Of a stretch of DNA of 58,456 nucleotides, positions 33,942 to 43,400 are shown piece after piece. Position 1 is the first letter of the stretch. Each line of letters begins with the position of its first letter. The stretch covers positions 1-58,456 of the forward strand of contig JWZX01003199.1 of the NCBI GenBank assembly GCA_001275005.1, read 5' to 3'. The stretch is from Chrysochromulina tobinii (taxonomy: Eukaryota). The notes under the pieces are model-generated. The model made no database searches. It was given only the letters and a program-made list of their open reading frames with translations, and was not told the DNA's origin. The position numbers were made by a program, and so were the translations under genes.

Positions 33942-36704
33942 CTATGAAAACGACGAGTCTCCCCATAGGGAGTCGTGGGGGCATCGGCCGCACGTGCGCA
34001 TGCAAATGTCGCGCACGAATAGAGAGTTCTTGCGCGAAGGCACCGGGCTGTCGCAGCTGAACGCGCCGTCCCGAGCACCAAACAAGCTCGTGGCGAGGCC
34101 GCCGGTGCCACTCCTGTTCCCCCCAGTGCTGCCCCCTGCGTGGTCCCCCCCGACGAGCGCCGCGCACGAGCGTGGCGCAGTCTTCCACAGCTCGTGAGCC
34201 TCGAGAGTCTTCCACGCGCGCAAGGTGGTTCGACGCATCTGCTCGGGGTACGCGTCGGCGCACGCGCTGTGCCGGTTCGCGCGCTCAAGGGACGCCTGCA
34301 GCCTCGCGGGCAGCGGCTGCGAGGCCGCCTCATCCAGAGCGCGTAGCAGCAGCTCGAGCGCATCGCCAGGTGTGTCGCCCATCCCATAATGCATTCGATG
34401 TGCATGCATGCTGATGGACTGTTGCATCTGGCGAACGCGATCAGCCGGGATGGCGCGCAGTGCGGCCGCGACGTCAATCTCGCCCGAGAGCACCTGTGAA
34501 CCAACGGCGAGCGCAGTGTGAATGAACCAAGGGCGCCCATCGACCGCCATCGGTCGCAATCAGCCGCAATCAGCCGCAATCAGCCGCAATCGGTCGTACT
34601 CGGCCGTACTGGCCGTACTCCTACGCACTCCGACGCACTCGCACCTTGCGCATATCGAGCAGCACGCTCGACGTATCGCGAAAGGGCCCCCAGTGCAGGG
34701 GCCACAGGTACTGGTATGCATGGGGTGTGAAGATGACTGGTATGCACCCGAGGGTGAGCGCGTCGACCTGCGACTTGCGGTGGTCCGCACATCAGAGGCC
34801 GTCAGAGGCCATCAGAGGCCATCAGAGGCTATCAGAGGCTATCAGAGGCAATCAGCCGCGTACCTGCGACTTGCGGTGGTCCCCGAAGCCCGGCGGCTCG
34901 AGGCAGAAGACAGACTCGCGCTTCGATCGAAGGGCGTCGACAAGTACGGTATCCATTCGATAGTGGGACACAAGCCGACAAGTCGCGTTGCCGAGCTGCA
35001 GGCATTGCTTCACGAGCAGCGAGCGCAGGCGCGACGCCTCTGGGGATCCTTCGGTCGAGCCGCCATAGCTCATGAGGTAGGGGCGCGTGCTTGCCTGATG
35101 AGGGTTGGGCGCCGTGCTGAGCGCCGTGTTGAGCGCCCATGGCCGAGGCTCACCCGCGCGCAGATGCACGCTCGACACGAGCGGTGCCGAGAAGAGCCGT
35201 TGGCGTACCTGATGAGAGAGGCAATCAGAGCCTGATGAGCTTTTGGCGCGAAGGCAGCGGTGCCGAAAGGAGCCGTTGGCGTACCATCGCGCCAAAGGTA
35301 CTCTCGCCGCTGAGGAGAGAGGCAATCAGAGCCGTTGGCGTACCATCGCGCCGAAAGTACTCTCGCCGCTGAGGAGAGAGGCAATCAGAGCCGTTGGCGT
35401 ACCATCGCGCCAAAGGTACTCTCGCCGCTGAGGAGAGAGGCAATCAGAGCCGTTGGCGTACCATCGCGCCAAAGGTACTCTCGCCGAGCAGCTCGCTATA
35501 GAGCGGCCCCGTCCTGATGGCAGGCGTCAGGGCGAGCAGCTCGGCGTTCGCGCGGCGCGACTCGACGAGCAAGTCGTACCTGATTAAGGAGGCCATCAGT
35601 CGCCATCAGTAGCCATCAGCCGCCATCAGCCGCCATCAGTCGCCATCAGCCGCCATCAGACGCAATCAGCCGCCATCAGAGGCAATCAGTCGCAATCAGA
35701 GGCCGATTCGACGAACCAGTCGTATCTGGTAGGTGGACGCGCTGTGCTGAGCACTAGCATGCAAGGCAGGTCATCAGTGGCAATCAGCGTACGCAGGCTC
35801 CGCGCCTCGACAGAAGCGCGCCGTGCTGAGCACTTGCATGCAAGGCAGGTCATCAGTGGCAATCAGCGTACGCAGGCTCCGCGCCTCGACAGAAGCCATC
35901 GAGCTCAAAGAAGTGGATGGGCACGAAGACGTGCTTCCTGGCGGTCTGTGGGGACCAGTGCTCGAGCACGTGTCGCCAGTCCTCCTCATACAACCGCTTG
36001 CACACGTGCCACAAGCGCTCCTCGTCGGCCGGGGGCATGAACTCCCACACTCTCGCGATCTCCTTAGGCGTCGCTTGGCGACTTGGAGGGAACTCGAGCG
36101 GGACAAGGAAGAGACTCGCCTCTTGAGGATCGCTCACGAGCCGACAGCGCTTCGAGCTCAGTACGCGCCCGAGCACCACGGCCCCTGTATTGTGCTGGTC
36201 TGAATAGAAGAGCCACGGCTCGTTGAGCGGCCACCCAAAGCCGACGTCCAGGAGCTGCTTGGAGCTGAACTGGGACGCGTTGTACACGAACACGGATGGG
36301 CAATCACGCTCGCCCACCGCGCTGTTCGAGGTCGACGTCGCGACGACGGCGGCGGCAGTCCTCGTGGCCGCCGCCGGAAGCTCCACAAATCCTTCACCAC
36401 GGGCAGTTGTGGCGATGGCATCGACGCTGTCGACCACTGCAGCACGTGCTGCTGCTGATGTAAAAATGGTAGTGCCCGACCGTCGGGTGAGCTTTGGAAG
36501 TGCCGTCTCCTCGCTCGCCTGTGCTTCCAGTTGCTGCTGCTGCTGCTTCTGTTGCTCCGTGAGTGAGCGCCACCGCGCGCTGTGCTTCTTGTTGCTCGCA
36601 CGATGAGGCGACTCGAACGCAAGCAGGTCCGACTGAAGGATCAGAGAGAGCGCTGCCAAGAGCACCAGAGCATAGGCAAGCAGCTCGCGGTTGGAGCACC
36701 TCAT
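33942..36704 (-). CDS. Exostosin-family (GT47) glycosyltransferase, join(36704..35872,35579..35462,35208..34864,34767..34645,34493..33942), ~656 aa
   Basis: N-terminal signal anchor. Motifs CPSVFVY, DPQEASLFLVP, SVFCLEPPGFGDHRKSQ|VDALTLGCIPVIF, LRAIPADRVRQMQ. All four intron phases are consistent. Confidence 0.85.
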
Positions 36705-37470
36705 GATCGGAGGTCGGCCCGAGCGCTCAGGCCTTTGACCGCGGCCCTATACACTGGATCCTGGGCCCCAACCGGAAAGTTTCGTTCACAGCCAATGTTT
36801 ATAATTCGACACCAAACACGGATCGCTCTTCATAAGCAATGCATCTTTGAGCCCGCCATGGTGAGCAACCATCTCTCCTCGATGGGTCGGCCTCGTGTCA
36901 TCCACCTCGCAGTGATCATCACAGCGCCACAATTTCCCCAAGGATTTTCCCTACAGGTGAGCAGCCTGCTCTCCTCGATATACGGCTGCTTGGCGACGCC
37001 TCGCACTGCTTCGCCCGCCCTGTGGCCCATGTGGGTCATGTGGGAACTGTGCGATGTGGCAATCTGAAACTGAATCTCCGCAAATGCCCGCGGCCCCGGG
37101 GGGCAATTGCCGGGGGGGGCGGCGCCGACCCCGAGCAGCGTTTGACCCCTCGGCGGCCGTTTCGCAATAGAGATCATACCAATATCTGACTAACTTTAGT
37201 CTCGACTTCAAATTTTATACTAAGTTTCGTCGACTAGATCGACCCCGCGTATTTTCTCGAGACTCAACTCGAGACGGGGTCTCGCTCGGGGTGAGATGGA
37301 CCATTGGGGCGTCGAACAATGGCGACATCGCTCCACATTGTCGAGCCACGCACTGAGCTCACGCTCGATGTTTGGCATGCCCCGAAACGGCCCAGCGGTG
37401 CTTGCCACCCCCTCGGGCAACGGCAGCTGCTCCTCGCAAACTGTAGAGTCTAACGCTCCAGTCTGTGCTC

Positions 37471-37791
37471 TCACAGCTCCTCCTTCGAGCAAACGCCGTC
37501 CACACCAGGACAAAGCACTTGCTTCTCGATGTTCCACGTGTACTGCACCTTTTCATGAGGGTCATAGACATTGCTGATCTTTTGAGAATCTGCGAAGTGA
37601 GCACGGGCGAGCTGGGGGCTAGAAAAGAGTCAAGGAGATCAGGGTGGCTGCAACGGTAGCATTAGCGCACGTTCCGCTCGGAGCAGCGCCTCCAGCTCCT
37701 CCTTCTTGAACTGAGGATCCTGCTCTGCAACCGAGCTGTTCACTAACGTGGCGACGAGTACGGCCACCGAAGTAAGCATCCACCGCGGCAT
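37471..37791 (-). CDS. Small secretory-pathway protein with C-terminal KEEL, join(37791..37671,37589..37471), 79 aa
   Basis: Signal-peptide-like MPRWMLTSVAVLVATLVNSSVA. GTGCGC...TCGCAG intron at 37590-37670. Spliced product ends CPGVDGVCSKEEL-stop. Confidence 0.6.
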
Positions 37792-37840
37792 GCGGCGCAA
37801 AATGCTCGTGCGGAATTTGTGTGTGAATCGGATTTGCAAG

Positions 37841-38010
37841 GTCAAGTCAAGTCAAGTCAAGTCAAGTCAGCATTTATGACGTGTCGCCTCTAGATGGATC
37901 CCCCTCCGCCATCTCCATCGACTCCCGTCCTCCACTGCTGGCTTCCGGAGCACACTCGATAGGCTTCCGTATGGTTGTCTGTTGTTTATGTATAGACTTG
38001 ACTTGACTTG
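37841..38010. mobile_element. MITE-like element with (GTCAA)n/(TTGAC)n inverted ends
   Basis: Inverted pentamer arrays at both ends. ATTTGCAAG direct repeat at 37832-37840 and 38011-38019. 41 bp (37971-38011) match 57307-57347 exactly in reverse complement. Confidence 0.65.
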
Positions 38011-38256
38011 ATTTGCAAGTCAAGTCAAGTCAAGACAAGACAAGACTATCGGATAGTCAAGTCCAGTCTAGTCTAGTCTCAATTAAATTCAATTCCATTC
38101 ATAAAAACTATTTGAACTTATCCTTTTCACACCCCCATTTCGATGAAAATGAGGCCTTCACCCTGAAAATGAGGCCTCACTCACACCTCGATGGTCCCCG
38201 AATGGTGGCGCGAATCGCTTCACATACCCGCGCCTAGGAGCTCCACTTCGCCACCG

Positions 38257-39000
38257 ATGGAGCCCCTGCTCTCGCTCCTCGCGAATGTACGCACCGACTA
38301 CCACGCTCAAGGGCTGCGGACCGCGGCCTTAGCGGCTGATGTGCGCAGCATGGCCTTTCGGCGCGCCATGGAGCGGCTTGACAACAGCTCGCCGGCGTAT
38401 GCCTTTGCGACGCTGAGTCCGCGACAGTGGTGGCGTGCGCTGCGCCTCCTCGGAATCAGGGAGCCCAGTTTCATGGCACGGTCGGCGCTGCCTGAACGAG
38501 AGTGCGAAGCAGCGCTGGCACCAGCAAATGTGACGCAGCTTTTTGAGCAGTCCTTGCGGTGGCGCATGTTGACCGTTGGTGGGTTGAAGGGATCCGGCAT
38601 GCACCTGCATGTCGATAACCCTCCATTCAGCAGCTGGCACGTGCAGCTTCGCGGACGAAAGCGCTTCACATTGTGCCGTCCGACCCGTCCACTCAAATGC
38701 AGCTCGACAACGCTCGAGCCGCTTGCGAGCCTGTACTACCCATCCTCTTACGCGCACAGCACGCACACACTGGACGATGGGGCCATCTCGCTCTCACGCT
38801 CGCTCATCACTCCCAGCCACGCCGCTCGCACGGCCGACGCCCTCGGCCGATTCTTTGGATGCTTCCCGGTAGGCTCAGGCTCCGCACTGATCGCTGCATA
38901 TCCGATGGCTTATCCGCGCCTGTGCGCCGCGCTGCGACCGTGCTTGAGGAGGCTCGCGCTCTGGGGGCACGGGGTCGACGCTGTGGGGCGAGTAGATTAG
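38257..39000 (+). CDS. JmjC/cupin-like domain protein (~247 aa)
   Basis: GSGMHLHVD (HxD), WHVQLRGRKRFTL, LEP...LYYPSSYAHST (distal His). Confidence 0.75.
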   Translation: MEPLLSLLANVRTDYHAQGLRTAALAADVRSMAFRRAMERLDNSSPAYAFATLSPRQWWRALRLLGIREPSFMARSALPERECEAALAPANVTQLFEQSLRWRMLTVGGLKGSGMHLHVDNPPFSSWHVQLRGRKRFTLCRPTRPLKCSSTTLEPLASLYYPSSYAHSTHTLDDGAISLSRSLITPSHAARTADALGRFFGCFPVGSGSALIAAYPMAYPRLCAALRPCLRRLALWGHGVDAVGRVD

Positions 39001-39433
39001 GAGGGCGGAACGCCGATACCGATTTGAGCAATGATCTCAGAACACACTCCGCCTCCAGGCGGTTATCATGGCATGTGTCGTGTGCCGGAGCGCCGGGCTA
39101 GCCCTCTTAGCTAATTAGTGTGTATTTTATTAGCTGGAACATGTACTGTGGCTAGAGTATGAAGCGGTTACGAACGGAACAATAACGCACGCCGAAGGCA
39201 AACCTCAAACTCCGTACGCTCCAAACGGACACGGGAAAGCGGCCGGAAACGTCGCGTCGTGTACGAAACGAAAGAGAGCAAGACGGCACCCCAGCGGTCG
39301 GGTTCAGCACAGGGCGCACCGCCGCGCCGTTCCTTATCCTCGTACGAGGGGCGCGGTTTGTTACAGTGCGCGTCCAGCTCATCCCGACGCAGACAACAAT
39401 CAGTCGCTCGACTCGTGTGTGAAGCGCTCCAGC

Positions 39434-39520
39434 CTGTGAAGAGCTCGAGAGGGAAGAGCTCGAAACTGTGAAGAGCTCGAGACTGTGAAGAGCTCGAGAC
39501 TGTGAGCTCGAGACTGTGAA
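39434..39520. repeat. Degenerate ~17-bp tandem repeat (CTGTGAAGAGCTCGAGA)
   Basis: About five imperfect copies visible in intergenic DNA. Confidence 0.75.
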
Positions 39521-40422
39521 GCGCAGGGCAGCCAGCATGCATGCGCATGCGCGTGTGAGCGCGAGAACGAGCAGGCATCGGAATAAGGCACAGGAAGTTT
39601 CCTCACAAGGCCGAGTAGGTTAGACGAGTTACGCGTCCGCACGGGCCGCGGTGAGCGACCCTCAGCAGTCATATGCATTCATTCATGGTCATCATTCCTG
39701 AGGCGGCTTCGGTGAGCGCAGTGCGGAGGCGAGGATGCGTGGGCGCGCGCACCTCAACTGCCGTCCGCATCAATTGTACTCCATATTCACGAAGGCCGTC
39801 GAGTCACTTTGGAGCGAACGGCTCGCCGGATAAGGCAAGTGGTCGTGAGCTGCTCGCCGCACCGTCCTGCCGGCCACATTGGATGGCCACCAGCGGTGAC
39901 TTGCTGGATGCACTCCAGGCTCCATACCATCACGGCCTTGTCTGGTCCGCGGTGCCCGCCCGACGGCCTCGCGAACGGCGTCGCCTGCCAATCGCCCGTG
40001 ATGCCGTGACGCTTCACAAATGCAGGGACTTTTGGCTTCGGGCTGCCTGCTCCGACATGAAGAGCACTCCCTCGCTGTCCGGCGTGTCGCGTCGTCGCTA
40101 TCGCCTCGTCGGCCTCGCTAAGGGCTCTTAGCTCTTACCCATAGCCTCGTCGCTGGCTCCGCACGGGGCGTTCTCATGTTGGCACGTCGCTGTGTGACGC
40201 CGCCAGGAAAATCGCTCGCTACCGCGCGTTCTGGACCTCAGGTATCGAGGACTGAAGTCCTGCGGGGCGTCTTTCGACCGTGAACGAACTAGCATTCGAC
40301 TTGTGTTCGTGTTACATGTATTTTAACGCGAAGAGACAAAAAATGAAAAACCGGGTCGTCGCATGTGTCAGCTCTCACCTCAACATCGATCCGCACATCC
40401 GACGCGATCATGCGAGATTGTG

Positions 40423-43400
40423 TCAATCTTCATCGCCATCCTTTTCGTCGCGCAGCTGGAAGCGCAGCCCTCTGGTGAGCTTCTCCGGCCCCCCTGCAGC
40501 CTTTCGCTCCCTCGCGGGCGGCCGGCTGCTCGCCGTACTCACCTGGTCGGGGAAGCACTCAGACGCACTCAGTGGCACTCAAACTGACACAGACGCACTC
40601 AGAGGCAAAGCTATAGGCGTGGTCTCACCGACGAGAGCCAAGCGCTCGTCGAACGGCCGCGGCTCGTAAAGCGCTTGGCCGCCTCCGTCGCGCGCGCCGT
40701 CTCGAGCGCCTTGCGCACACCCTCGATGCCCGACACGACGCCCTGCGCCCACGGGTGGCGCACCAGGCACTCGTCGTACGTCTCGAGGGCCTCTGCGTAC
40801 CGGCGCAGCCCGTGCAGCGCCGCCGCGCGCGAGCGGAGCGCGCCTGATGAGGGAGGCAATCAGCGGTCATCACAGTTCATCACAGTTCATCAGAGGTCAT
40901 CAGAGGTCATCAGAGGTCATCAGAGGTCATCAGAGGCCGCGCGCGAGCAGAGCGCGCCTAATGAGGGACGCACTCAAGGACGCACTCAAGGAAGCCACAA
41001 TCAGAGTTCATCAGAGGCACTCAGAGGCACTCAGAGGCACTCAGAGGCACTCAGAGGCACTCAGAGGCGAGCAGCTTCGCGCACCGATATGTCGAGGCTC
41101 GAGGGCGAGCGATCAGACGCAATCAGACGCAATCAGACGCAATCAGAGGCGTAGGCATCTCACCGATATGTCGAGGCTCGAGGGCGAGCGCCTTCTCAGC
41201 GTCGGCCAGGGCGCGCTGATGCTTGGATTGGCGCACATGCACGTTCGCGCGGCGCGCATAGCTTTCGGCATGGGTCGCATCGAGGGCAAGCGCCGCATCG
41301 AGCTCGATCTGCGCCGCAGCGAGATCGTCGCGCTCGAGCGCCGTGTCGGCGCGCCGCGTGAGTTCCGTCAACGAGTCGGACGGGTGGGCGGCGAGAATGG
41401 TGCTGGTGAGTCGCTCGGCGGTGCTTGCCTGATGAGGGACACAATCAGAGGTCCATCAGAGGGACATCAGAGGTCCATCAGAGGTCCATCAGAGGGACAT
41501 CAGAGGGCCATCAGAGGTCCATCAGAGGGCCATCAGAGGGCCATCAGAGGTCCATCAGAGGGACATCAGAGGGACATCAGAGGTCCATCAGAGGGACATC
41601 AGAGGGACATCAGAGGTCCATCAGAGGGCCATCAGAGGGACATCAGAGGGCCATCAGAGGGACATCAGAGGTCCATCAGAGGGACATCAGAGGGACATCA
41701 GAGGTCCATCAGAGGGCCATCAGAGGGACATCAGAGGTCCATCAGAGGGACATCAGAGGGACATCAGAGGTCCATCAGAGGTCCATCAGAGGGACATCAG
41801 AGGTCCATCAGAGGGACATCAGAGGGACATCAGAGGTCCATCAGAGGCACTCAGAGGTCCATCAGAGGTCCATCAGAGGTCCATCAGAGGTCCATCAGAG
41901 GTCCATCAGAGGTCCATCAGAGGTCCATCAGAGGGACATCAGAGGCACTCAGAGGTCCATCAGAGGTCCATCAGAGGGACATCAGAGGGACATCAGAGGT
42001 CCATCAGAGGTCCATCAGAGGTCCATCAGAGGTCCATCAGAGGTCCATCAGAGGGACATCAGAGGCACTCAGAGGGACATCAGAGAGTAAATCGCTCTCG
42101 GTCTCTGTAGCTCTCGGCGGTGCTTGCCTCGGTGGAGTCGCGCGCCGTTCCGAGCAGCGCGAGGGCCGCATCCAGGTGCTGTGAACGCACTGCATCCGAG
42201 GAGGCGATGGCATGTGCTCGCAACAGCGCGCGCGCCGACTTGATGACATGAACGACGACGCCCATCGAATGCGCGTGCTCGGCCGCCATCGTCGCCGACG
42301 CGTTGCTCGAAACGGAACTAGTGCTGGCGGCGGCGGAGGCGGCGGTGGAGGCGGCGGTGGTGGTGGAGGCGGCGGCGGCGGTGGAAGCGGCGGCGGTGGT
42401 GGCGAAGGAGGAGGAGAGGGTGGAGACGGCATCATCTCCCAAAGGCAGCGGGGGCGGTTCGTCTACCGGATACCAGTACGCGAGCTGCTGCACAGGCCGG
42501 TACGTGCCACTGCGCTGATCGAAGGCTGTGAATAGGTGCGGAATGAGCTCGTGCTCGATGCGCGCCTGATGAGGGAGGCCATCAGACGCAATCAGACGTA
42601 CTCAGACGCAATCAGACGCACTCAGATGGGGAAGGAGCTCGTGCTCTACACATCGCCTCTGCCGCCGACGGGAGCTTCTCGAGATTCTCATCAGCGGCAA
42701 TCAGCGGCAATCAGTGGCAATCAGCGGCGCAATCACCTCTGCCGCCGACGGGAGCTTCTCGAGATTCTCCTGCGGAGGTGCGGGGTGCACACTCAGAGGC
42801 CGTCAGTGGCAGTCAGTGGCGCAATCAGCGTCATAATCAGTGGCAATCAGTGATGCAACCAGTGACCATCAGTGGCAATCAGTGACGCAATCAGTGGCAA
42901 TCAGTGACGCAATCAGTGGCAATCAGTGACGCGATCAGTGGCAATCGGAGACGCAACCAGTGGCAATGACCTGGGCGACGTAGCGCACGCCACGCGGGCC
43001 TCCAAGCAGAGAATAGCAGTCGCCATCATCGGGCACCATCCGGTAGAAGGGCTGCGATGGCCCTGAAGGGAGGCCGACGACCCCATCCCACTGGGAGACG
43101 TCGATCTGAGGACGCGCGTCCCAGCCAAAGACGACGGCGCGGAATCCGAACTTGCGATGGCGGAGTACCTGATGAAGGACGCAATCAGACGCACTCAGGT
43201 GCAATCTCCCAAGGGGCAGAGTACCTGATGAAGGAGGCAATCAGACGCACTCAGATGCAATCTCCCAAGGGGCGGAGTACCTGATGAAGGAGGCAATCAG
43301 ACGCACTCAGGTGCAATCTCCCAAGGGGCGGCGCACCTGACGAATCAACGCGACGAGGCAATCAGAGGCCCTCAGAGAGGCCCTCAGATGAAAGCAGCGG

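Noticed and set aside
37220..37537. 105-aa minus-strand ORF
   Set aside because: Non-ATG start and no motifs. The overlapping spliced KEEL frame explains the region better.
39673..40131. 152-aa plus-strand ORF
   Set aside because: No recognisable motif or clear codon bias; not enough support to call.
40847..42184. 445-aa and 221-aa plus-strand ORFs with (IRGPSEGHQR)n
   Set aside because: These are translations of the antisense strand of intronic microsatellites in the YccV-TPR gene.
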